A DNA stretch of 64,000 nt, taken from Picochlorum sp. SENEW3 (Eukaryota). The notes beneath the pieces were generated by a model, which saw only the letters and a program-made list of their open reading frames with translations, was not told the DNA's origin and did not search any database. Every line of letters begins with the position of its first letter. Position 1 is the first letter of the stretch. Made by a program: the position numbers and the translations under genes. Location of the stretch: contig CP120453.1 of assembly GCA_034226945.1 (NCBI GenBank), forward strand, positions 1,116,001 through 1,180,000, read 5' to 3'. Positions 22,080-34,115 of this stretch are shown here, one piece after another.

Positions 22080-23564
22080 ATGTCTAGTTTATTAGAGTGC
22101 GTCTTGTCCGCACAGAAGAAGAAAAAGGTCGAGAAACAGAGGACTGGTTCGAATATGACGTTGCCTTCTCCGAGAGAAGAAACCCTGGTGGATGAGGAAT
22201 TGCGACAGAATTGCACACCTTCTACCTCTGAGCGAGTGTCAGTGCCAGTGGCGAAACGATGGAAGCCCTTGGCATCCAAGAACTTTTATTCCCCACCAAT
22301 TTCAGCAGAGGGTCCTGTAGTGAGTGGGAGGAATCACAATGTGGAGATGATGGTGATGCGATATTTGATGAGACTGAAAGAAAAGGCAGCAATAAAGCAG
22401 AGAGATCGTATTTGGATGCAGTTTAATACGCAGCAAGAGGCATTTGATTTTATGGATGGGGAGGACCCGGATGGAGAGTATTTGCATGTCTTCTCCCAGG
22501 AACTCGAATCGAGTGGGACAAGAAAATTTGTTGTCTCGAGTTTGGTAGAGTTTTGGAGTAGATATAAAGATATTCCACAAAGGTTTCGGCATTTTTATGA
22601 GATAATTCGGGAGGGAACGCCATGTAATGCGTATATTGATTTTGAGTACAACATTGAGGAGAATCCAGACATGGATGGGGAAAAAGCGGTTGATGGTCTG
22701 ATCGTGTTGATGAAAAAGGTGTTACGAGAACATCTTGATATCAATATGGATGAGAAGTGGCTGATCGAGTTGGAATCCTCCTCAGCGACCAAGTTCTCAA
22801 GGCATTTGATTTTGAGGTTGCCCGGAGCTGCATTTGTGGACAACTCGCATGTTGGGCACTTTGTTGATGCAATTGTACGGGAGGCTCAGACACATAGACA
22901 AACATCAAAGAGTTGTAGCATGATGTTTGTTCGGAACACGCATGGGCAAGAGACGACGTGTATAGATACAGGAGTGTACTCGAGAAACAGGGCCTTTCGC
23001 TTGTTCTTGTCCTCAAAAGCTGGCAAGAATATTTCACTCCAGCCGACTGGTAGGATGATGAAAGCTTGGGGGAATGAATTTCCTAATGAGAAAATTTTCA
23101 TGCATTCTCTGGTAGGGCATGTCGAGGATGGTTCAAGGATGATTTCGTGCTCCAAGAGTGATGAGGATGAACAAGTGTTCAAGGTAGCAGAGGGCATGGG
23201 AGTGGTTCGTCGACAAGGGCGCATGAATGCAGGCGCACATGAAAAAGGGCCATCACCGTATCCAGAATTGGACGAATTTGTGATGGATGTTTGCCGTCGG
23301 AATATTCCAGATGGGTCTAGAAGAGGGAATGTTGGGATTCGATCATGGATTTCCTTGGATGATGGGTCAGTCCTGCTGTATAATTTGTCTGGATATCGGT
23401 ATTGTGACAATATCGGCCGAGAGCATAAGAGTAATGGCGTGTTTTTTGTGGTCGATCTGAAGCAGGCGGCGTGGTACCAAAAGTGCTATGACCCAGATTG
23501 CAGGAATTACAAATCACCTGCGTGTCCTATACCACCAGATGTCTTAGGACAGAAGCAAGTTTGA
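22080..23564 (+). CDS. PRIMPOL: DNA primase-polymerase
   Basis: YEII..YIDFE, KFSRH, DTGVYSRNRAFR, Zn finger YCDNIGREHKSN...CYDPDC. Confidence 0.93.
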   Translation: MSSLLECVLSAQKKKKVEKQRTGSNMTLPSPREETLVDEELRQNCTPSTSERVSVPVAKRWKPLASKNFYSPPISAEGPVVSGRNHNVEMMVMRYLMRLKEKAAIKQRDRIWMQFNTQQEAFDFMDGEDPDGEYLHVFSQELESSGTRKFVVSSLVEFWSRYKDIPQRFRHFYEIIREGTPCNAYIDFEYNIEENPDMDGEKAVDGLIVLMKKVLREHLDINMDEKWLIELESSSATKFSRHLILRLPGAAFVDNSHVGHFVDAIVREAQTHRQTSKSCSMMFVRNTHGQETTCIDTGVYSRNRAFRLFLSSKAGKNISLQPTGRMMKAWGNEFPNEKIFMHSLVGHVEDGSRMISCSKSDEDEQVFKVAEGMGVVRRQGRMNAGAHEKGPSPYPELDEFVMDVCRRNIPDGSRRGNVGIRSWISLDDGSVLLYNLSGYRYCDNIGREHKSNGVFFVVDLKQAAWYQKCYDPDCRNYKSPACPIPPDVLGQKQV

Positions 23565-23619
23565 ATGAACCTTAGTTGACAAGTACACGAATAGTTTACA
23601 CATTTTTATACTAAGACTA

Positions 23620-25233
23620 TTAATACTCAATACCACGAATGCTCAGTTGTTGCTGGGCAGGTGGCAGTATTGCAACATCTTCATCACCAACCACTTTGTT
23701 ATTTTCTTCCAGCAATGAATCAGAGGACGTTTGAGGCGCAAGTGGTGCAGATGGAGTATTTGTGTCAGTGATTTGAGATTTCTCAACACCTCCAACTGAT
23801 AGTGATTGACCTACTGGCGTTGTAAGGATCTGCGCATCAGTGTACTGTGTTCGAGGAGCCAACTGCCTGTGGGTCATTGATGTCACCAGTGGATCAAACT
23901 GTGCGGGATTATTGATCACCTTCTCCACATTCGGCCTAGGGTCCTGGACATATTTCTCTTCCAAGAGAACACCTGTATGTGATGCCATGGCCTGCAGCAG
24001 ATTCTTGGAAATCCACTCGCATGGCTCCCGCAGCATGGGTGGGCCCTTGTCCATAATGTCCTTTAATAGCGTGATGAGAGTTTCATTCTTTGCCATTTTC
24101 AGTGTTGGTCTTAGATGATAGAGTTCTCGAAGTGCACCAATTGACTCCACCATTTCTTCTTCACTTAATTCTTTGGATGCGCAGATCTTCTCCTGACTGG
24201 CCTGCAGAAGTTTGACATTCTTCTCCAGAATGTCATTTTCATACACTGGTATGGTATCATCCACGAACGCCAAAGCCGCATTTTTCTTTGACTCCCGAAT
24301 CTTCACGTCTTCTTCCAACCACTTCCTCAGTTCCACGGCAGTCACAGATCTACAATCAAAGTCCAGGTCATAGACTCTGAAATTCCCCCGGCCGCGTTTC
24401 ATACCAACCAAGTTTGCACCTCCAAACGCATTGGCGCCAAAAATGCTTGGTCTGGGCGGCCTTCCGCGGCCTCTACCTCTTGGTCTAGGCGACATTGTTT
24501 GACTCTTCGACTTTGATCTGGTCGACTTGCTTTTCGATCGAGATCTGAGACTCGTCAAGAATCTCGGAGTCAGGGGTTCAGTCCTTGGACCAATCATCCA
24601 ATTAAGCCAGCGCTTCACTTCTTCCTGATTATGTGCGTGAAGATGAGCAGCTTTGTCGAAAATATTCTCAGTGTGATAGATATAATGTCCATCTCGAGTC
24701 TCCTTCTCATCACCAACCACAGCCAAATGATTGTGCCCTGCCTCATCCAAGAGGTACCAGCATATCTGATGCCTTCCATCCGGCAATTCCGTCTTCTTCT
24801 CCGTATATGACACAAACTTTGGGAGATTAATCAACGATGAATTCGAAGGCACTTCATCCTTGACAATATCCGTATGGTACCCAGACTTTGCCTGGCTCTC
24901 TACAATAACTCTCTCTGCCCATTGCTTCACTTCCGACTTGTTATGACATTGCAAGTGCGGATATCCTGGTTCATTTTTGTACTCATAATGAGAATCTCCA
25001 CCATCAATACCAGTCGCAGCATGATGATACAGCCCTTTCGAATCAACAAGGAAAAACTTGACAACATACGTATGATTGGTTCCAGTTCCTCTACTCCTAG
25101 ATTGCTTTACACCAGGCACAAGATCCTTCCTCTCTTGCAACGACACAAAAGTCGGCCGTTCAGACTCCTCATTATTTGTCGGCACAAACACACTCGCCCC
25201 CTGCGCCTGCGGTGTTCCCTTCAAAACATCCAT
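23620..25233 (-). CDS. Uncharacterised putative chromatin protein with a duplicated N-terminal domain and an AT-hook-like motif
   Basis: 537-aa ORF; two similar ~65-aa units; RPRGRGRGRPPRP. Confidence 0.7.
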   Translation of the reverse strand: MDVLKGTPQAQGASVFVPTNNEESERPTFVSLQERKDLVPGVKQSRSRGTGTNHTYVVKFFLVDSKGLYHHAATGIDGGDSHYEYKNEPGYPHLQCHNKSEVKQWAERVIVESQAKSGYHTDIVKDEVPSNSSLINLPKFVSYTEKKTELPDGRHQICWYLLDEAGHNHLAVVGDEKETRDGHYIYHTENIFDKAAHLHAHNQEEVKRWLNWMIGPRTEPLTPRFLTSLRSRSKSKSTRSKSKSQTMSPRPRGRGRGRPPRPSIFGANAFGGANLVGMKRGRGNFRVYDLDFDCRSVTAVELRKWLEEDVKIRESKKNAALAFVDDTIPVYENDILEKNVKLLQASQEKICASKELSEEEMVESIGALRELYHLRPTLKMAKNETLITLLKDIMDKGPPMLREPCEWISKNLLQAMASHTGVLLEEKYVQDPRPNVEKVINNPAQFDPLVTSMTHRQLAPRTQYTDAQILTTPVGQSLSVGGVEKSQITDTNTPSAPLAPQTSSDSLLEENNKVVGDEDVAILPPAQQQLSIRGIEY

Positions 25234-26022
25234 CCTATCTCACTGTGGATCCTTCAACACCACGTATGCCTTTTTAAAATCCGCCCGCCTATATATAGCG
25301 TCTTTGCTTCTCTTTTTCTTTCCCAAATAGTTGATTGTCTTGACAGATTCAACCTGAACTCCGTATATTCCTTCCAAAATACTCTTAATTTCAGTCTACA
25401 AAACAAACACACATGGAATATACACATGAGCCCAGTGGTTTCCAACAACAGACCAGACAGAAGCCATACTGCTCTCATACCTTTGTTGCTTGAGGCACAG
25501 TCTTAAACACCAATTCCTTCACAAAGCCAGTCGTGTCGTACGCTGCTCGCTGAGTTTCACTGAGAGGAAGAAGTTTCAGTGGCAGATTTGGCAGAAAGGT
25601 AGGAACCCTTCTCCAAAAGCTCATATCTCGCCTCAATTCTGCAATATCACGACATTACAATTGTAAATTTACACTCAATGCACGCTGAAGACGATATCCC
25701 TGGTATGAGTCGGGAATCGTCCAACCTAAAACGACGAGTGACATACCAAAGTCCAGGAAAATCGATCAATGAACGATATCACGAGGCTCTACACTAGATA
25801 AATGAAAATAGGTTATAATTCAGTACTTTTGTGGGCCTGAAATAAGAGATCTTCAACCACTACATGAAACCTATGCTTGCAAGCAATTGCATCCGTCGAA
25901 CGAGTGAGTCGACCGGACAATAAGAATTGATCGCCAGCCTCCATCATGGTTCCTATAACCACGCCCTTTCCTCCTGATTTCTGACTGAATGTGTTTAACA
26001 CATTGATAACAAAAAGTTCAGT

Positions 26023-27682
26023 ATGGCGGACCAACTGGAATCTCTTGTCCTCAGGACGTTGCAAGAGACTGGGGATATTGCAGACTCTGGCATATTTGCC
26101 AAGGAGATTGGCGTGAATGACCACAATGAAGCTGTGGGTGTGCTGAAGAGTTTAGAAGCACATGCCATGATTGATCTCGAGGTACGTCTGCTGGAGTATA
26201 TGCTTCAGAAAGAGACTCACTGGCAGTCAAGCGACTGTCCCTCTGACCCTGTGTGTACCCATGTATGCAGGAGATTCCCAATCAGTCGTATAATTTGACC
26301 GATGAGGGTAAAAAATATGTTGATGAGGGGGCTATGCCAGAGGCTCAGGTGTTTAGACTGGTTGCCAATGGCCCTGTGAGCTTGGCAGACTTGAAGAAGA
26401 GTTTGGGGGCTGTGGGGGATATTGGTTTCAAGCAAGCAATGCAGCAGAAATGGGTAGCTATCGATAAATCATCTGGACAGCCAATGGTAGTCGCAAAGAC
26501 GGATGCGATTGAAGATTCTGTGCTCGCATTGTTGAAGCGTATTCACGAGGATCCACATTCTCAGATTGACCCATCCCACGTGCAGTCAATATCCAAGCGC
26601 AAGCTGGTCATCTTAAAAAAGTGGATTACATTTTCGGTGAAAAAGGGGCCAAAGTTTGCATTAGAAAGAAAGAAACAGGTGACAGATTTGACTGGTGATA
26701 TGGTGCAAAAAGGTACCTGGAAGGATGAGGAATTCAAAGAGTATAATTTTGATGCGCTTGGTTTGCTGCCAGAAGGAGGTTATTTGCATCCATTGCTGAA
26801 AGTTAGAACGCAGTTTAGGAAAATTTTTACAAGTATGGGTTTCGAGGAAATGCCAACCAATAATTATGTGGAGTCATCATTCTGGAATTTTGATGCATTG
26901 TTCCAGCCACAGCAGCATCCTGCAAGGGATGCACATGATACATTCTTTTTGACTCGTACGTGTGATTGATATATACATATGTAGAGGGAGAAAAGTTCAC
27001 GTTTGACTCGCCATACCATGCAGGTCCATCTCATGCGTCTTTGGAAAAGATTCCTCAAGACTACTTGCAACGTGTCAAAGATACCCACGAGAATGGAGGA
27101 TATGGATCTATTGGATATGGGTACTCATGGTCATTTGAAGAAGCACAGAAGAATCTGTTACGAACGCACACGACAGCTGTATCATCAAGGATGTTGTACA
27201 AGCTGGCACAGGATGGATTCAAACCAGCAAAGTACTTCTCCATTGATAGAGTGTTCAGAAATGAATCCATAGACAGAACTCATCTTGCCGAATTCCATCA
27301 GGTTGAGGGTGTTGTATGCGGGTATGGACTGAATCTAGGCAACCTCATCGGTGTATTAAAAGAATTCTTTGAGCGCTTGGGCTTGGGATCCAAACTCCGT
27401 TTCAAACCAGCATTCAATCCCTACACAGAGCCATCCATGGAAATTTTCTCATACAGTGAGGAGCTTGGAAAATGGATGGAAGTGGGAAACAGTGGCATGT
27501 TCAGGCCGGAAATGTTGAGACCCATGGGCATCCCCGAAGGCGTCAATGTCATTGCCTGGGGACTTTCCTTGGAAAGACCCACCATGATTCTGTACGGCAT
27601 TGGCAACATTAGGGATTTGTTTGGCCACAAAGTATCCTTACAAACCGTAAAAAACAATGCCATCTGTAGGATGGGTATGTAA
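26023..27682 (+). CDS. FARSA: Cytosolic phenylalanyl-tRNA synthetase alpha subunit; introns 26182-26270 and 26956-27023
   Basis: [42 protein letters not shown]. Confidence 0.96.
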
Positions 27683-27692
27683 GCAAGAAGAG

Positions 27693-28475
27693 TCAATCCT
27701 GTAAACTATCAAGCGTGGGCAGGGGGAAATTCTGCCCATATGCCTTGCGAACAGCATTCAAACCTCCATCGACATACACCGCACCGAGGACTGCCTCGAA
27801 CGTTTCCGCCAACATGGAATCCGATGGCTTTCCAGATGCAACCCTCACAGACTTGCCTATAATCATCATCTCTGCAAGCCCTAGAAACAGAGCATTCTGG
27901 GTACAATTCTCCCGCGATGCAAGCTCTGATCTCATCACTGTCAAATCACCAGGTGTTAAACATCCATACACGCCAGCAAGCTGCTCCGTGATTGCCAATT
28001 GCAACGCAGCATCACCTACCCAACTCAAAACCCTCGAGTTTGGGCTTGCAGCTGACCGATGCGTGAGTGCCAGCACCAGTAACGCTCTATCAGTAAACAA
28101 ATGACCAAGTCGTCTTTCTAAATGAGACAAATCCGCGTCAGAAGGGATACCAGAGTGGTCCTGCGTGAATTCAATCGAATTGGCAGCCCGTACAAAGTTC
28201 CCACGCAGCATAAACTCATGCTCTACCCACGTCTGATCAAAAGATCCATCATTCGATGTATTTGTTTGACTAAATCGCCTCATCTGCCGCCCTCCATCGG
28301 CCATTTTGAACGATAGACCTCCAAAATATCGAAAATATGTCGGAGAGTATTTCGGACACAAGAAGAATTCATCCAAAGATCTCCAGATGAGAGATCGAGA
28401 GAGCATAGATGAATAGTCTATCTTCCTCCCGTGTAAGATTGGGTGGCAATGTACATTCAGCACATGAGCGTGCAC
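27693..28475 (-). CDS. Single-domain RNase III-like protein without dsRBD; start uncertain
   Basis: ALTHRS, LSWVGDAAL, LAETFEAVLGAVYVDGG. Confidence 0.85.
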   Translation of the reverse strand: MHAHVLNVHCHPILHGRKIDYSSMLSRSLIWRSLDEFFLCPKYSPTYFRYFGGLSFKMADGGRQMRRFSQTNTSNDGSFDQTWVEHEFMLRGNFVRAANSIEFTQDHSGIPSDADLSHLERRLGHLFTDRALLVLALTHRSAASPNSRVLSWVGDAALQLAITEQLAGVYGCLTPGDLTVMRSELASRENCTQNALFLGLAEMMIIGKSVRVASGKPSDSMLAETFEAVLGAVYVDGGLNAVRKAYGQNFPLPTLDSLQD

Positions 28476-28592
28476 TCTTGTTTGTTATGTACTTTGCTTC
28501 AGGCGACGACTGATATATTACATACACGTACTATTACTGACAGTTTTACTCTCTCTACGGCAGGATATGAATGAACGAATGAATAAATACTA

Positions 28593-29927
28593 CTAGGAAT
28601 CAGGGGAACGTCTCTGATTAAGTACATTTCCACTCCTTGGGGTCGAGGCATTTGACCCAGATGATTGCTGGCTCATCTTCATACTACTTCCTACATTGCT
28701 ATTGACCAGAAGATGCATCCTCTCATTCGTTCGAAGGTCACCATATTGATCAGTATCATTACTCAACAGTTCCATATCTTCTATATCACTCAACAGTTTT
28801 TCCTTGTATTTCTTGTACTTGAAGTAGTTGAACAGGGCAACACCACTGATGAGCACCACCAGTCCTAGTCCATTGACAAGGGTGAAGTCTTCGTGTAAGA
28901 AGAGGACAGCGGCTCCGACTGTTACTATTTCTTTGAATGTTCCTGCCACCATGAATGTCAAGGCAGATGTATTCGCAATGAGGGTAAACTCTGCCCATAC
29001 CATGCAGAGTGCAATGAGACCTCCTGCAATGAGGATGAGACAGGTCAGAAAGATGTGCAGTCCTGACGAAAAATACGGGCTGTTGGGCAAGCTTTTCCAT
29101 AAATTCTCAGTACAAAGACTCGTTATAAGTAATGTAAGGCCCATGATTGGTGTCAACGCTTGGATTATTTCCAATGCGCCACCTCTAGATCTGCTTCCGT
29201 GTCCATCACCTTGCAAGAGGACTTGGGTGATTGTCCATCTCAGGCCGGATAAAGCAGACGCAGACATGACCATGATGAATCCTACGAGGTGAAACTCTGT
29301 TTCACCTGCTACTAATAAGAATAAACCGAGGGAAATAATGCAGACAACTCCAGCAAGCTTCCAAGTCATCCTGCATCAGTGAAATAATGATAATAATACC
29401 ATTATCGAGTGGTATGATGATGCATCCATATATACTACTTGTTCATATGCAACGCACTTTTCTATACCCCATAGAATCGCAAACATGAGAAGGAATAACG
29501 GTGTCGTTGATTTCAACATGACATAGAAACTTAATGAAATGAATGCCAGCGATGTGTTTGACAGTCCAATATCCAACCCAGTTGCAACACCATTCGGAAC
29601 AACTTCCTTCCCGTATTCCTTCCATGTCAGAACATCTTCACTCTGCCTCTTCACAATTCCGAATCGCAAGAGGCCGCTTGCTATCATGTATTGAGAAAAG
29701 AATTGAATACTCGTCATGAGAAAGGGTGCTGGAAAATGCCCTTCCCCAAAGGGACCTTGCTCAGCTCCAATCAGGAGTTTGTTCCATAGGCTCAGAAAAG
29801 TACCAAAAAAGTACCAAAGGAGTATTAAAGCTATATTAACGATGGCTTGAGACCATATAGGATCGCTCCATATCGCTGTCATTCTACTTTCCACTCGGCC
29901 AAGCCAACCGACGACTGGCGATACCAT
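28593..29927 (-). CDS. TPT/nucleotide-sugar transporter (SLC35C2-like); intron 29457-29371
   Basis: FPAPFLMT, ATGLDIGLSN, SGLRWTITQ, TSALT..AG.FKE. Confidence 0.9.
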
Positions 29928-30557
29928 GTGAGACACTTGGTACTCGTTACTGGTGGTAATTCCTATCCTATATTTTTATACTAGTTGTAAAACTATGCCT
30001 GTGTGTACCATGATGAGAAACGATGCGAAACAGAGGTTGTTTTTTTGGTGGTTAGCAACTCGCACTCCAACTGTTGTCACGCCATGGTCTTGGCGTACGA
30101 TCAGCTTTTGGATACAATTCTGAGATGTAAATTTACATTTATACAATGGATCCTGATGCTGAAGGTGGACCATCTATCTCTGAATTGTACTACTATGCAT
30201 CAATTGATGCATTGCAATGCTACATGTAGCTTGTACAAGTCCATTGCTTTCTTATTTATGTACTACTCGTCATACATAAAAGAGCTTTTTCGAGGGACGG
30301 AACAATGTTCTATATATACTTAGAGTTAGTTCGGTCTTACAGCGATGAAATGATGGAAACAAATCAAAGCAGTTGAATGAATCAAATACATGCTGGACCG
30401 TTGCGGACTACCGATGCAAAATGACAACCAGAAATGTATCAATCATCCTTATCTTGCCGTTTACTGCCTTGGAAGAATTGAAAAGTGCACGAATCATGAA
30501 ATGGTACCTATATGGTGCAAATAAATATGAAACATTTTATTTAATTGCACCAAGGGC

Positions 30558-33500
30558 TTACCAGTCATCCTCTTCGTCGTCAGAGACAGCTTCTCCTCTG
30601 GCTTTACGTGCCTTGTTGGCTCTAGCCTTCTGCTTCTTCTCCTTACGAGACAGTTCCTTCTTTGGTCCCTTAATCTTGATGGTGTTTCCAAGGGCATCAG
30701 TGGTCTCTTCCTGCCTCTTCCACTCGAGCTTGGCAGCGGCGAGTGCAGCGGCAGACTGACCGGTGATCTCGAGCTTTCCTCCTCCAACAGTCCATGTCTC
30801 ACCGCATACGGTGTCCAAGAACTCTTGGGAGTGAGAAACAACGACAACACCTCCACCGAACTCCTTGAGAGCGGCAGACATGGCACCGAGGGATTCACGA
30901 TCAAGGTAGTTTGTAGGCTCATCCAGGACGATGATATGTGGCTGTTGCCACATGGCAGCTCCGAGCACAAGCTTGACCTTCTGACCTCCGGAAAGACCAC
31001 GGATGTGAGAGTGTGTTGCGAACTCAGACTCGAGTCCGAGATCGCCGAGCATTTTCTCAACGTTGGCAGCAGTCAATGGTTTACCCATCATACCGGCCGC
31101 GGCAGCCTCTCTGGCATCAATCTCGTTAACCATCTTCTCGTAACCCATCTCTTCGAGCTGAGCACGGGTCAACCAAGAGGTCTGTCCAGCTGGGGCATTC
31201 TGCCACTCAACCTCGTACTCGTAACCCTTCTTCAGCTTACGGCGGTTGAGAAGCTTCTCAACAGAGCGCTTGACACCCTGTTCGGTGGCCACCTTCTGTT
31301 CCTTGAGCTTGGCCTCTTCTTCCTCGGTCAAACGATCAACCTTGCTCTGGGCTTCTCTGTCCTCTCCGGTAGCGTAACGCCACTGAATGTACTGGTTTGG
31401 AGTCTTATCCAAATGACTCTCAATATGATGGAAAGCGTGCTGGGCAACATATGCTACACGCAAGTTAGGGTGCTTCCACACAAATCCATCATTTGGCTCC
31501 AACTCTCCAGTGAGAAGTTTGATCATGGTAGACTTACCAGCTCCGTTTGGTCCAACACAGGCAACACGGGAGTTGAGAGACACCTGGAGTGTGACGTCAT
31601 TGAGAATCTTCTTGTCAGTTCCTGGATAACCAAAGTGCACTCCTCTCATCTTGAGGATAGCTCTGTCCTTGGAGTTAATGCCCTCAAGGAATCCTGGCTC
31701 TGGAAGGACCCACTTGGTCTGAGCATCCTCCAAATTGTAGTAGGACTTGGCCTCTGGTCTGTGCTTGACAAGTTCAGCCAAGTTTCCACGGTACTTGCGG
31801 ATCTTGCGTCCCTCATAATGAATAATACCAGTGCACACCTTGTCCAAGAATCCAGAGTCGTGCGACACAATGACAGATGTCACGTCCGTCAGGGATGTGA
31901 GGTAGTCAACCAACCACTGAACGTTGGTAACGTCAAGATGGTTTGTAGGCTCATCCAACAACATAATATCAGCCTTCATCAACATAGCACGGGCCAAAGC
32001 AAGCTTCATCTTCCATCCTCCAGAGAGAGCAGCCACAGCTCCATTCTGCATATCCTCGGAGAAACCAACGGAAGTCAAAGCAGTCTGGACTTCTTCCTTG
32101 GTGACCTTCTCATACTGAGCCAAAGTCTCATCATTGGTGATGAAGTCAACGACTGCAGTCTCAGCCTCGGAGGCATCGATGTCGTGCTCAACATACACAG
32201 TGCGGAGCTCTTCCTTTGGTGGGAATCCATCGACCTGTCCATTGGCAATGGCTCTCATCAATGTGGACTTTCCGCATCCGTTTGGTCCACAGAGACCATA
32301 ACGCTGTCCACGCTTCAAGTGAAGGGTAGCATTCATCAAAAGCACCTTGGCACCATAAGCAAGGGAGAATTCGCAGTTGCAAAGATCCTCACCTTCCTCC
32401 TCATCAACCTTGGCCTCCTTCTCCTTGGCCTCCTTGAAGCAGACGGCAAGGAAAGCAGCAGCCACCTTGTTGGCAGTTGGCTCAGACAAGTATGGAGCGA
32501 GGTATGGAACAACACAGTTCTCCCATACCTTCTCATCGAAGTTCTTGAGATCCACAAGAGCAGCAGCAATTCCGGCGACATACTTGAGGGCAGCCTCGGC
32601 ATCAGCTCCGAGAGCAGCTCCTGAAACATCAGCAACGCACTTGGACAAGGACTCCTTGATAGCCTCTGCGTCAGCCTTGGATGGCTCCTCTCCGTTAGCT
32701 CCCTGAGAAGTAGCATCGGAGGCAACCTGTGCAAGGGTAGCAGCAGCGCGCTCAGCCATAGTACGGGCCTCTGGGTTGGACATCTCCTTGACAGCCTTGT
32801 CAACGTGTGGGGTCAAAAGGTTGGCAAACTCAAGAGCATCAACTGGGCTATCCACAAGCTTGGCCATGTTATCAATAATAACACAAGACTTTCTGCGAAT
32901 AGGAGTAGAACGCTCCTGGAGTCCACGAAGGAGGAGTGGCACGAGAAGAGCCAATGTCTTGGCATCAACAGCTTGCACAAATGTAGTAGCAGCAAGCTTG
33001 TGCACACAGTCCTGAACCTCCTCTGGCTTGGCAATGCAGCGCACCAAGTTTGGAATGAATGGTTCAATATCTTTGTTTCCAACAGCACCGCAGCACTTGA
33101 CCAAGGTATCAGTAGCAAGAGTAGACAAGTCCTTCTTGATATCTGTCATGCACTCAGTCACGGCTGGCACAATCTCTGGAAGGCAAACAGACACCTCATC
33201 GGTATGAGAGTCAGCCAAGTTAGACAGGAACGTGAGAGCTCCCATCTTGGTTGGTGGCTTCACACGTGGCTCCATAACCTCCAACAATGCTGGCACAGCA
33301 ACCTTGATGGCTGCTGGGTTGAGGTTGGCCATAACCACGTCGCCTGCCTTGGAGGCGGCTTCCTTCACGGAGGCGTCCTGCACAATACCAATTCACCAAT
33401 ATCAATTTAAAACCCAAATACATATTTACAAATTGCATGCATGCCCGTTTATGCACCACACGTGTTTCCCTCCACGTTCAACGCCTCCGACCGACGCTCG

Positions 33501-33767
33501 GTTCGTCGGCGCACGAGAGGTCTGCTCCCCTACCACGCTCAAACCACATACACATACCTTCTCAGACAAAGCCTTGAGGATAGCTGGCATCAATGGGACC
33601 ACAAATGGCTCGGCAGGGCGGCCAACGGCCTCCACAAACTGAACAATACCGGTGAGTCCGGCCTCGCGCTCAGCTGGGGTAGCCCCGTCTTGCACGCGGT
33701 CGCGAAGCTGGTTCGCCTCAGCCACTCTGTTCTGCCCTTCGGCAGGAGTCAAAGGTCTCAAACACAT
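30558..33767 (-). CDS. eEF3: Translation elongation factor 3 (HEAT repeats, two ABC domains, chromodomain insert); intron 33557-33378
   Basis: ATTFVQ, DLCNCEFSLAYG, GPNGCGKST, LSGGWKMKLAL, LSGGQKVK; strong codon bias. Confidence 0.95.
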
Positions 33768-34115
33768 TTTCCAATAAAAGTTTGGTGAAGTAGTGAGTAC
33801 AAATAGGAAGTCGGACACAAATGAGTGTTCTCAAATGTATGAATGCGCACGGACTCGAGTGCGTAAAAAGTTCTTTCTTTCACAACTTACTATTTATTAT
33901 ATAGTAAGGTAGAGGTTGACTTTAAAATACCGACCTCCTCGAAACACTAGGACACACAATAAAATAAAAGAGGGCGACTCTGGGGCTGACACACATTTTC
34001 ATAGCAATCGTCGGCACCGCAGAAATGGGCGCCCTTGTCCCTCGTGATACGCGTATGCGTACGCATCCATGGGTGGTGACAGGTGGGATACACTAGTTAC
34101 ACAAGTATGCTATAT

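Noticed and set aside
30825..32624. 599-aa plus-strand ORF antisense to eEF3
   Set aside because: Shadow ORF expected from strong codon bias of the sense gene; no motifs
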